A DNA stretch of 64,000 nucleotides. It comes from Ascidiella aspersa (taxonomy: Eukaryota). A model generated the notes under the pieces. It was given only the letters and a program-made list of their open reading frames with translations, was not told the origin of the DNA and made no database searches. Location of the stretch: contig OZ004607.1 in assembly GCA_963924565.1 (NCBI GenBank), forward strand, positions 27,094,001 to 27,158,000, read 5' to 3'. A program made the translations under genes and the position numbers. Shown here in pieces: positions 44,001 to 54,142 of this stretch; position 1 is the stretch's first letter, and every line of letters begins with the position of its first letter.

Positions 44001-47000
44001 ATACCGTGTTATATGTAAACTTCAGGGAGCAGCCTTAACAAAAGGCTTGTTTGTTGATCCAATTGGCGACAACGCGGAACATGGCCAACGCGGTATTTGG
44101 CAGCGGATATTTACCTTTCTTAAATTGCCGTAAACAAATGCGCCAAAGCAGATAGGCCCCGTCGTGTCGGCCACTGTGGCGCCACCGTCAGGTTGACTTG
44201 TCCGGTGATGTCATTTATTACGGTAATTGTCACCGGTTTATTAGCTTCCCACTCAAGTCGCCGAAGAATTAAAGAGTTATCTTCACAACGAAGTCATAAA
44301 ACCATTTCGGCAGACGCAAAACCGAAATCACTTATCGAAAATTATCACCAGCAAATCTGTACAACACGCATTATCTGCTGTTATTTTAACCAGAACTCAG
44401 TGCGATGAAACGTGCAACCCTTTACTGATTTTGTACTGCAAGAATGCCTGCAAACCTCACTTGTTAGCGGAATGCGAAAACAAACAGGCGACTTCACACA
44501 GAAGCCACTGGCCCCAAACAGGAGGCTTCGACTGCGTGTAGTCCTTCGACAAACAACCAGCAACAATCAGCAGAATAGAAGAAAATAGGCTTAGTGAAAT
44601 TGGTTGACTCTTTTTCTCGAAGGTCCACAGCGTTGTGTAAACACGCCGGGATAGGCCAAACACAAAAGCCCCACAGAACAAACAGTTTTTGAGCCAAGGT
44701 GTCCAGCTTCGTTGCGCGATAGTGTCGTTATTCTGCTTGGCTTAAAACTGTCGTTAATGAAGTCGAATCCGGTACGATAAGGATTCTGCTGTAGGCCGAT
44801 TCAGCGGAGGATAATATATATCTGATCGCTTGCATTCTGGCGTTATCGCCAAGTGGTTTTCCAGAACAAGCACCGCAGTGGCTATCGCGCTGGAATTGTA
44901 CCAACGGAATGAAAAAAGGTCTTGACAAACTGCCAGGGACATTTGAGCATTGACCCCTGATGGACGATGAATCGGGCTGCGACAGTTGACATAAGGTGGC
45001 CACAACACGCGGTTAAGCTGAGCCCGAGGCCAAAACAAAGCCAGTGGACGGGGATTTAGTTACCACGACCAGATAGCCGTGATTTTCTCCGCCTGCTTCC
45101 AATTTTTCACAAAAAGGCTTTCACACCACGAAATTAAGACCCCGGGTGACACACTTAAAGAAATCCTCAAATTTAAGCACAAAAAATAACAATTAGTAGG
45201 GCGTAGATGTCGCATAGGGTTGTCCTCCAGTTCCTTTCTGTGTAATTGCTGGTCCTGTCAATTTTTTTCTTTCCAAATCGAAGTTTTTAAAATTTCTTAA
45301 TACACTATATCGTAGGTTGTAACAGAAGATTTAATTCGTAATGTTCTACTATCCACTTTACATACAAGATGAGTTAACTAACTTTTTCCTTGTTTTTAGT
45401 TTTTAGAAAAAATATAAATTTTTCGAAGGTTTTGTCACAAAGAAGTTGACTCAATCGCAAGCATACTATTTTGCGGAAGCCAAATTCTTAACGATTTATT
45501 TTGAATCCGGGTAACGGCTTTCTAATGGGCCTCGGAGTGACCAAAACAAAATTAATTTAGTTGTAAAAAAATATACATAATTTTTTAATTGAAACGATAC
45601 GAAAGCCCAGCAAATACTACACTATGTTGATTGTTGGGTAAGCCAATTTCATAACGATTTCTTTTTAATCAGGGTAACGGCTTTCAAATGGGCCTCAGAG
45701 TGACCATAGCGAAATTAGTACACCACATTGGAACAATACGAAAGCCCAGCAAATACCATGAGTTGTCCTCGAGGGTGTTACAAGACTCACGACTGAAACC
45801 CGCCAGGATGAAGTGATGACATGGCCAAAGGCCGATTGTATTTGATTACATAAATCGTCGAGGGAGAAAATTTAGTGCCAGCGGTAAGATTCGCTTTGAT
45901 ATTTGTCTTGGAAGCCCACACGGCAACACAATGGGCGATAAAAGTTCGTAAGATGTTGTTTAATAAAAGTAAATTACAGTCGTTAAGCTAACAGTCTGTG
46001 TAACTTTACAATCTGTTCAACAGAACACAACTCAAACAAGATTGTAAAAATTAAGACGAAAGCGTATTTTTGTGAGGCAAATAAAATATTGAACCGGCAA
46101 ATGTAACAATAGAAGTGACATTTGGATTAGGCTTATATGAGATGATCGTGAAACTACAACTTTCGCTAGACCTAAAAGCTGATAAAAAGCTTCCGTCGCA
46201 AGCCAAAATAGTTTTTACCCCTAGTTGCTGGTATCCTTTAAACTAAAGGTTGAAAATCACTTGCTCGTGCGCTGAAACTCAAAGCGCGGAACGAGTAAAA
46301 CAAAACAGTTTGGCACGTCACCGCAAAACTATGCAATGCTGGCCTTACCACGGTTGCTGTGCCAAGCTGAGCATCGACGGTCTTGTCCAGGTCTGCTGAA
46401 TCAAACAGCAAAGCAGCGGGTCGCCGTACAAATTACTTCCCGCTCATTGAATTACTAAGTGGATAATAGCGAATGAGTGGGAGGTACCAATAACGGCGAG
46501 ACGGCGCTCAGCTGGCCTTCGCATGTTGGGCAAAGCAAATCCGAGATGAAACCTGCGTCCCGGTTTCCGTACAGCCTGCAAATGTGTACCAGGTTGTAGC
46601 GGCTGCTGAAGCGCTGACGACGCACCAGTGCCTTGTATAATTACAGCTCGTTCATGATCAGTACCTTGCAATAGACTCAAAGCATTAGTTTCAGCTCTGA
46701 GAGGGCCTCACTTACAGATTCGCAGCGCTTGATAAGACTAAGTGCTCCAATATATGAGAACCTGGTCAAGGGATAGGGATATTGTAATGTAACGAATGTA
46801 ACGGGACCCAACAAAGGAGGAAGTTTTAAATTGGAAGTTACGAGCACCAGTGTACTTTTATTACGGCGTATCACAACCCACATGACAGTAGGTGCATAAA
46901 AATGTAGTCAACAGTTTTTGCCGCACGACCAAAAAGATAAGCTGTTCCACTCCCACAAACACGTTTGCTGCGTGTGTTGACTTTGCAAAGGAGACTATTG

Positions 47001-49110
47001 ACCATTTCGAATCGACGGCGCATTATTACGCGCGGGGTGTCACGTAGAAAAAATCCCTTTATCAGCAAGTTGGTTTGGATTTAACAGTGATGTGCAATCC
47101 CGACCGCTCGCTCGCGATCCAGAGCAGCCGGGGCCACATCCCGTGTGACGTCACAAAGCACATAGGCCACCGCGCTGGCGACGAGAGACGCGTTTGTTTG
47201 CGTGCGAAAGCCGCTCTCTGGATCTAGCGTCGCGAGAAAAGTTGGCGAGGCGGTGAGGAGTTTGCTTTCGCGTGTGGGAAGGGGACACGTGAACGGACAG
47301 AGCGCCAGTTTCGCGACGTGCGCGCCTCCGGAAAGGCAACACTTTAATAAGGCAAGTTTACCTTTTCGGGCTCGTGTTATCACACGCTTCTTCTGCTTGG
47401 GCATCTCAGTAGTTTGGAATGTATGTTTTTGGTTTTAAATCGCTCAAATGTGAAATTACATCCAACAGATCGTTTTTGACCCAAAACTGGTCGTGATTGA
47501 TCAAAGGCTATGAACATGGCTAAGACAAAATTCGATCTTAAGCGTTTAAATATACTCTACACTTTGCTTGGACCACACATCTGTCACTAAAGCGTAGCAA
47601 TAAAGGTCGGGGAAAAATCAACAGGAAATGCCGGTGACCAATCGCGAAAATTGATCCCCCGTATCTCTCATATTGGGTCCAAGCTGATTCACTCAAGAAA
47701 CCAAGTCACGGTCAACTGACAACTGGATTGCAATCGCAAGTGTAGTTTTTATTGAGTACATGTTTCTGGGCAGCATTAATATAACATTTGGACAAAAAAC
47801 TAACAACATTTTTACGGAAGGCGAAAGATTACTCTTTGTCTACGTTGTATTTAATATTATCTGTCCATCAGAGTGTTGTAAAGACGTACGTCACACGTAT
47901 CCACAACACAAGCGAATTTACTTACATTAACTCTAAGTTTCCCTATTAAAATCCAGAGAAATGCGGCAAAATCGAGATTTACCAAACGGCGACCAGGGTT
48001 ATTTGTTCAAAAGCGTCGCGATTCATTTGGCCTGCGCTGGACCGGAACGTCGGCGGAGGTCATGCGTGAATAGTTCGCGGCGCGTTTTCGCCACTTTAAA
48101 CGACGAAAAATCGCCCGAATCGATGGAACGCCGAGCGAGCCCGAGCGAAAGAAAGAAATTCACCTTCGCCGGGCAAGCCATGCGTTAAAAGAATCTTCTG
48201 TCACGCGTTCCAGCACAAAGGCGACGTTGCTGGCGACTAAAGTCGAAACGCCTTTCGCCGCGACCACATTAGCTCTGTTTACGCCGTCGCTTGAAAAGCG
48301 CGCAATTTGATTCCGCTCAGCTACTTTTCCAACCTTTTTACCGGGTATACGGTGGCTTTAAAAGCACCTTTTAGTTTTTAATGAAACTGACCAATATGAC
48401 AACAGGGCATCATTACATCAGGAGTTAATGTGTTTAAGAAAGAGCATCTAAAATTTTAGTAAACAAGGTGTAATTTCAAATAAAAATATGTATACAAAAA
48501 TCACACAACAATTCTTCTATTTGACAAAGAACTAGTTTTGGTTGACATTTCTGAATAAAAATACGATTCTGCGTCATAAAGTACATTTTCTGAACTAAAG
48601 CAAAGCGCTAATCGTACCGTTTATCACAACTTGCAAGATTCCGGTGTAATTAACCACAAGCACGCTTAAGTAAACATGGGAGTTTTAATTACTGATGCGA
48701 GTGTGAATTTATACATAGTGGCCTATTTCAATCATTTTCACATCCCTGATTGGTATTTAAAGGACAGTCAGTATCTCAGCAAATCGGCCAATGTTAGCCT
48801 GATCTTCTTGTGATTAATTACGTCGAAATCTTTTCCAACATCTCATCGAATTAAACAAGTTGTAACCAATGCACCTAAAACGATTTGAAGGGCACCAATA
48901 TCGTTGTATTCTTCCTAGCGTTTTCGTGTTGGTATGGTTAACCCGTTGTTGTGCTTAATTTGGAATGAGCGGTTATTGACTTTAAGTGAATTATACCACA
49001 TCAACCCTCGGTATAACGCAATTTAGCAAATCAACGCTAACATGCAAGCACATACCTGTCACTATTACGCCAAGAAACAGTACAGTTAGCCAGGTTTGAA
49101 GATGTTCCAT
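4301..49110 (-). CDS. LRP4: LDL receptor-related protein 4 (LRP4/MEGF7) orthologue, complete spliced CDS, 35 coding exons, ~2087 aa
   Basis: Hand-assembled GT-AG exons in transcript order: 49056-49110, 40275-40448, 36845-36964, 35754-35870, 33574-33711, 33053-33229, 29396-29509, 28605-28727, 26886-27014, 26306-26425, 25776-25922, 25105-25341, 21077-21196, 16731-16887, 16087-16304, 15483-15659, 14873-15032, 14606-14777, 13812-13999, 13429-13563, 13048-13229, 12503-12746, 11790-11920, 11558-11707, 10759-10870, 10205-10367, 9535-9773, 8362-8626, 7611-7804, 7127-7262, 6617-6793, 6236-6358, 5428-5797, 5202-5295, 4301-5006. They sum to 6264 nt with consistent phases. Architecture is LDL-A cluster first, then 2 EGF, 4x(YWTD propeller+EGF), stalk, TM, NPxY tail: the LRP4 layout, whereas LRP5/6 have LDL-A after the propellers. 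The first LDL-A has the LRP4-type extra CxC pairs (PCKC...[22 protein letters not shown]) and the last EGF ends CSLVP as in LRP4. Confidence 0.93.
5202..5295 (-). CDS. LRP4: LRP4 transmembrane exon
   Basis: Translates [32 protein letters not shown]; the next exon starts with the basic stop-transfer RFKRKR. Canonical CAG acceptor and GTAATT donor. Confidence 0.9.
5428..25922 (-). CDS. LRP4: LRP4 EGF repeats and four YWTD beta-propellers, ending in an S/T-rich stalk
   Basis: Repeated YWTD/FWTD/YWSD/YWAD blades, NGGCSHLCL-type EGF modules, Ca-binding [18 protein letters not shown]. Confidence 0.93.
7940..7990 (-). mobile_element. Degenerate second copy of the tRNA-derived head
   Basis: Shares GAACTCACGACCTC and terminal ACATATGT with 8781-8853. 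Confidence 0.5.
8781..8853 (-). mobile_element. tRNA-derived Pol III head (SINE or tRNA pseudogene)
   Basis: Minus strand: A box TAGCTTAGTTGGTAGAGC and T-arm GTGAG-TTCGAAC-CTCAC (B box) intact; acceptor stem and anticodon arm do not form. Confidence 0.7.
8953..9335. mobile_element. Possible PIF/Harbinger-like MITE
   Basis: Imperfect terminal inverted repeats CAGGTGCGGATAGA...TAGATCCGCCCTTG; no clear TSD. Confidence 0.4.
11480..11496. repeat. (CA)n microsatellite
   Basis: ACACACACACACACACA. Confidence 0.8.
12091..12433. repeat. Direct repeat of ~100 bp within a LRP4 intron
   Basis: AATTTAGCT..GTCTCTT.CAAT...TGGTATTTATATTGTT.ACTGGACC...GACAATAT...TCACGTATTC at 12091-12196 and 12336-12433. 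Confidence 0.75.
14137..14593. mobile_element. hAT-type MITE, family A (AAGTC-rich)
   Basis: TIRs CAGTGTTGT...ACAACACTG; TSD GGTAAAAC/GGCAAAAC; many internal AAGTCAAGTC subterminal repeats; homologous to 17004-17391. Confidence 0.88.
15810..15869. repeat. AT-rich minisatellite, ~23-bp unit, about 2.5 copies
   Basis: AAAATTTAC(A/G)AGAAAT(A/T)AAAATA repeated. Confidence 0.7.
17004..17391. mobile_element. hAT-type MITE, family A
   Basis: TIRs CAGTGTTGTAA...TTACAACACTG; perfect 8-bp TSD GTTTATAC. Confidence 0.92.
24372..24881. mobile_element. hAT-type MITE (GGGGTCGC subterminal motifs)
   Basis: TIRs CAGTGGTTTCCAA...TTGAAGACCACTG; flanks GTTTAAAG / GTTTCAAAG. Confidence 0.8.
26306..40448 (-). 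CDS. LRP4: LRP4 ligand-binding region: nine phase-1/phase-1 exons, each one LDL-receptor class A repeat
   Basis: Each exon encodes a C-x-F-x-C...C-I...C-D-G-x-x-D-C-x-D-x-S-D-E-type repeat; lengths 174, 120, 117, 138, 177, 114, 123, 129, 120 nt, all multiples of 3. Confidence 0.92.
27263..27556. mobile_element. Degenerate hAT-type MITE related to the GGACCC family
   Basis: Left ...GTTTCAAACTCTTTTAGTCTCGGACCC, right GGGTCCGTGGAACCCTTGTTGGGAACCACTA; ends eroded. Confidence 0.45.
29037..29359. mobile_element. hAT-type MITE (GGCACGCG subterminal motifs)
   Basis: TIRs CAGGGGTGTCCAAC...GTTGGGCAACCCTG; TSD GCTCAAAC/GTTTAAAC (6/8). Confidence 0.8.
30873..31125. repeat. Tandem duplication, two copies of ~127 bp
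   Basis: AACCAATAA..CTTTTAT.TTATCGAAAA...TAACTGTGTATAGT.AACAG starting at 30873 and 31002. Confidence 0.8.
32025..32364. mobile_element. hAT-type MITE, family C (GGACCCC motifs)
   Basis: TIRs CAGGGGTTCTTGAAC...GTTTAAGAACCCTTG; perfect TSD CTCTATAG; colinear with 54412-54726. Confidence 0.92.
45477..45756. repeat. Local tandem duplication, two copies of ~120-140 bp
   Basis: AAGCCAA.TTC.TAACGATTT...GGGTAACGGCTTTC.AATGGGCCTC.GAGTGACCA...ATACGAAAGCCCAGCAAATAC at 45477-45617 and 45640-45756. Confidence 0.85.
49056..49110 (-). CDS. LRP4: LRP4 first coding exon (signal peptide [18 protein letters not shown]|A)
   Basis: ATG in aaaATGG context, hydrophobic core, and a strong donor CAG|GTATGT in phase 1 matching the phase-1 acceptor at 40449. 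Too short for the ORF track. Confidence 0.8.
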
Positions 49111-49519
49111 TTTCGTTGTCCAAGTTATACTTTTCGAAAGGCCGGTAGAAAACTCGCGAAATTCGCGGGGTTTTTAAAACTGCTTTCCCGCCGCAGCTGT
49201 CACGGTTAAGTATCCAAAGAAGGCGTACTGAGTGAAGCGCCTTGAAATATATTCCATGAGTCGCACGAATAAAAACGTTAAAACAGCTGTTTACAAGTTT
49301 GCTACCAGTGGCATTTGCGCTTCTATTTAACTTTTTCAGCCTAAACATAAGTTAAATTATTAGTTAACATTACACTTGGCGATGTTAGCAGTTCAATTAA
49401 GTAAGTCTAAATAAATATGTGGGGTACCACTGCTTTACCTAACTCTGATGTACAACTCAACCAGTTGACTGCGGTATAACCTAGCATTATTTTACCGCAA
49501 CTGCAACACACGTATATAA

Positions 49520-50720
49520 ACCTGTCACTGCAAATAACGGCTTGAAGCCTTAGCGGGCCAGCGCTACTAAAGCCAGCAGGTCACTATCTATCTGCGGTGA
49601 GCAATCCGACAAACCTCGTATTCAAACAAACGACCGAAGATTGTCGCAAATACTCGAAAAAGCACGAACTCTCGGCGTTTGCGCGCGAGCTGGCTGGAGC
49701 GCTTCGGTCCTGGTGCTGACAGCTCGAGCGCTAGATTCCACTGTCCCTGTCGCCAGGGCTGGAAGGGCTGCAGCGCTCATGATAGGAACGGGCAGGGAAA
49801 CTTAATGGCGACTTGCCCGTGGCGTCGACACACTTCTTCGCGTCTCAAGCAACAGCGATAGACGCCTCTCGAGGGTAGCGCTTTTTGCCTGCTCGCCTCG
49901 CTCGACTGTTTGTTTGTTTGTTTTCCCGCTCTCTCGCGTGCCCTCGGTCCCTCACCAGAAGAAAGCGTGCCGTGAAAATCGGCGACGCGCAACGCGATTA
50001 AGTTGTCGCTAGCCGATTTTCACGTGCTCACGTCCGCCACGGACGACAATTATGTCAATATTCGAACAGGATTTCGGTTGTGTTTTGTGGCCAACAATTG
50101 GTTTAATGCGAAGAGCTCGCTTCGCAGGAGGTCGTTCCATTTTTGCGGTTTGTTTCAGTCAATAGCAAACCCAAATTTCCAGGGTTTATCATAAAAATAT
50201 TTATTTTAGATCGCAACATGCAGTTTGATAAAAAAAAAACAGGTCAGGTTAGATAAAAATGAATTTTCCAATTAAGTGAAGATAAACAGCACATAATTAT
50301 TTTTTTTACTTGTTTTTTTTTAATTTAACGGGTAAAGACACATAACAATATACACTCGAAATTACTTGCTTATAGATAAAAAAAAATCATACATTAAAAC
50401 TATGTACGATTTATTTAGAACAAAACCCAGACTAGGACGCCTGCAAACTGTGCTATCAATATTAGTTCCACCCAATTTCTATTCATGCGGGGGCCAACGT
50501 TACCGATATGCGGGGAGCAAATAGAAGCCGATCCCGGATTTAATTTCGGCCTGGAAGTGTATCGCAGCTCCTCGGCGCTTAAGCTTGCTTTCCACGCGTT
50601 TCGTTCATTAGAGGAGGGCGACGACTATATCGAATCGCATTGTTTGCGTGAAGAAAGTGGGGCGGGCGCCCGCTGCTGTTGAGGTCATGCTCCTGTGACG
50701 TCAGATTGCCGGATTCTCGT
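49520..50720 (-). promoter_or_regulatory. Candidate LRP4 promoter / 5' UTR CpG-rich region
   Basis: CpG-rich blocks upstream of the ATG exon; GC box GGGGCGGG near 50659 and CRE TGACGTCA at 50696-50703; plausible UTR intron 49341-49438. TSS not determinable. Confidence 0.45.
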
Positions 50721-52412
50721 AGGTTTTGTTTGTGGCCATGTGTGTTTGTGATTTTGTGTGCAACTGTGTTATACGCCTATGGGTAGTTATAGACAATACT
50801 TTTTACCTTAAATTGGCGATTTGTTTTGGTAATTAAAGCCTACCAGGGATACTTATTAGAATAAGTGCTAATGTTATGTAGATAAGCATAATTATTTTGA
50901 TATTTTATAAAATATGCAAAAAATATTTTTTGTGTAAATTTTCATTTCTGTGTTATAAATCGCTATCAAACATGCTCTTCAAGTAAACCAAATAATTGTT
51001 TTATTCTCCTTATGAACACAATTTAAAACCTTGATCGAACGCCAATAAATGCAATAACTTTTGTCGAAGAAGTTTATTTACTTGGACGTGCAACGTGATA
51101 AGGGCCATAAAAGGCCATTAAATCGGATACAACGTATATGCTATTTCGATGAGCAAACTGGGATGGAAAACGTTATCTTTTAGATCAAACTTTAAACCAG
51201 TTTAAAACGAAAAGTTACCTAAATTGTGGGGCCTCGCACTATAATTAGGTCGAAACAAGAATTATCTTTTCCAAAATGTCCGAGTTTCGTAGTAACATTT
51301 ACAGATTACCTAGCAACCCTGTAAAATGCTCCTTTTTAACGTGATGTTTATTTAATTACTTGCCTCAGTTGTCTCTGTAAATAATCGTGCTAGACTCACC
51401 AGTAAAAAGAGGCTTTAAGACAAAGTTTTTACGTGGTTTGGAACTGGCCCTGCAAATTGGCTTATGAAACTTTATGTAAGATAGCAGCTGTTAAGCAGAG
51501 CTACTTGCAGGTATCTTGATGACAGTTTCCTGACCATCGTGAATGTAACGTTTCGGATTTAATGACTTGCCAATTACATTTATTGCCCGACGCGATCATT
51601 ATGGCTTTACCAAAAGCACTTTGATGTTTGCCAGCATCGACTTGTGGGATGTAATATCCTTTTACAACTAGTCTAAAGGAATGGCAGAAAACAGCAACGA
51701 TTGGCTAGCGTCAAAATTCTTTACTTTTTGTAATTCTTACGGTTTAAAAAAAAACAGTAATTTCTCGAACTTTTGGTATGTTGTACAACCATTCTGGATT
51801 AAAATGAAGTTGACTAGTTCGCAGTACAGCAACAGAGGGCACTACCTGACTCGAAAAAATAGTTTTCCAATATATTTTAAACACGACACTCTTGCACTGT
51901 TATGAGATGTTGTGTTGGTTAGAGGAAGTATCTTCGCTAATTCTCATCCTGCTTCTCTTGTTTTGGTCAGAAAAAAGCATATGCTAGATTAATTGTAGAA
52001 CCCAATCCATTACAATATTTATACAAAAAACTCTACCATGACAAAAAAGACCCTTTTAATTTCTTTCTATAGGTCACATTCTTAGTGGCGAGTGTATTAC
52101 AAAGCTCGAACGTCGCAACGTGAAGAAAAAGTATTGAAACTAAAAGAAACAAGATCAAGAGAGGGGCGAAGGTTGCGCGCGAAAACAGGGGGAACAGCGC
52201 GCTCCAAGGCCAGTGAAAATAGCGATAACCTTACACGAAAACGGCAATAGTTGGTCTATATAAGCAATAAGCTTTGCAAAAAACGAGATAAATACTATAT
52301 AACGTTAAATTGATCAGTTATAATTTTGCTTACGACTTAATTGTCAGAACTGCAAGAGTTAATGCGGCCAATATTATATATGCGAATGTCGTACACCTTC
52401 GGTAAATACATT

Positions 52413-52431
52413 TTTATTAAATTTGTTTATT
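52413..52431 (-). terminator. Candidate SETD1 polyadenylation signals (two AATAAA)
   Basis: Plus-strand TTTATT at 52413-52418 and 52426-52431, ~530 nt downstream of the stop. Confidence 0.4.
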
Positions 52432-52958
52432 CAGTGAATTTCGGTTCTAATTTTAAAAATACGATGGAATTTTAACAGATGGAAATTGGTAACGTCGATG
52501 TAGCACAGTTGTGGGTTGGTTAGAACAGGACGCCAGCGTTAGTGAGATATTAAAATAAACCAGCAGTCTTACCGAAACATTTGTAAAAGTATACTTGCGA
52601 AAGTTCGTATCCCGCAAACTGTAACAAAAGAATATAAAATACCTAAAGTATAGGAGTACATATCTGCCGTGAGATGTTAGAGGTAGAATTTAGTGGAATT
52701 TGTTCACATTTGCTAGATTTTATTCCCACAAAGAATCCCAACTTCTAGACGGCGACCAACCGATGCCGCTACGTCACTATTACGTCATCAGACGAACGTA
52801 CTGTCACCACTACGACAAAGCTATCGCTACGGAACGCAAAATAGCAACAAAAAGAAATAAAACCGCCCAAAGAGCGGCACGCGTTGTAAACCGCCTTAAG
52901 GAGTGTTTTTTTCAACGTCAGCGCAAAAAGACAACGTCATCAAACGAAGATGACGTCA

Positions 52959-54142
52959 TCAGTTGAGCGTGCCGCGACAGTTGACGGCGCCACAGAAGCA
53001 AGGGATCTTGACGTCCTCGAGGGGGAACTTGTAGTCGTAGGTGATCTCGTCCTGGGGTTTGATGACGTCCTTGGAATAGATGACGATCTTCTTCGCTCCA
53101 TCCACAGTGATCACCTTCGCGTAGCAGCTCGGCTGGAAAAGGAAATAAAAGGGCGTGATACCTTAACTTAGCGATTTTGCTGGTTAGAGCTCGAAAATTT
53201 GAAGAAGCACCAGGAAATTCCGGTAAACTAAATACACGAGAAAAAACTGGGTCACCTATACCATGAATATTAAACACTTTTGTTTCTATTTTTTTACATT
53301 GCCAGAAAACAATATGAAGAAATTCACGCGGCACTAATAGGCATTTTTTGTCAGGTGAGGTACCGCTTATCAAAAGAATTTCTTAACATTAGATTATGGA
53401 ATCGATTTTCTTTATAACCTATAAGGTTTGCTAATTCTTCACATTATTTGAACATAAAATGCAAAAAGTTACAGTTTACCAACCAATTTTGTCTAACAAC
53501 TCTTATTTTGCATATCATAATGCAAAAACCCTGAAACCAGCATATGTTAAATCAATACTTTAAAATAAATTAGCCAGTCATAAAAATAAAAATTAATCAG
53601 TCAGTCATGAAAACGGAGAGGACAAATTTGCAATTCAAAAATTTTGAAATTTGTTTGTTTTTAACATTTTCTTAGTAAAATTGCTACAAAAATATCGGCT
53701 TAAATATACTGATAGCGATAAATTAGGAGAGGAATATCTGCCGATACTATTTGGAAACCGACATGTCGGTCTATCTCATAAAAAAAAGATCCCAACCAAA
53801 ACAGCGTCATGGCTTCAGCGGCACCAGGAACGACCAGATAACAAACAAAACTAAACCAAGCAACAGGGGAGGGCGTGGACTCACGTTGCACGAGTGGTTC
53901 ATGAAGCGCGCATAGTTGCCGCACTTGGTGGCGTCGATGATGTGGTCGGAGTCGATGCGGAAGAGGTAGGAGCTGCCGATGCCGCGCTTCGTGTAGACGA
54001 CCTCGCGTCGGTCAGCAACGCTGGAACGCACCAGTTCGCCCACATACTCTATCACCATCTCGTCGGCGGCGACCGTCTCCTGGGCGAAGAGGCCCCAGCC
54101 GTGGATGCTGCTGCGCGCGAACTTCACGCTCTTTTTGCGGAA
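52959..54142 (-). CDS. SETD1: SETD1 catalytic SET and post-SET exons (53885-54142, 52959-53132)
   Basis: GWG, NHSC and EITYDY motifs, CxC-x4-C post-SET, terminal RGTLN* typical of Set1; tandem TGA TGA stop. Confidence 0.96.

Noticed and set aside
41166-47404. ORFs at 41166-41672, 43093-43521, 44457-44681, 46677-46883 and 47081-47404 as nested genes or the LRP4 start
   Set aside because: No recognisable domains, wrong splice phase or no signal peptide; 49056-49110 fits much better.
4301-49110. Assignment as LRP5/6, LRP1 or LRP2
   Set aside because: LDL-A repeats are N-terminal in a single cluster, the tail has NPxY but no PPPSPxS repeats, and the size is ~2100 aa; all fit LRP4.
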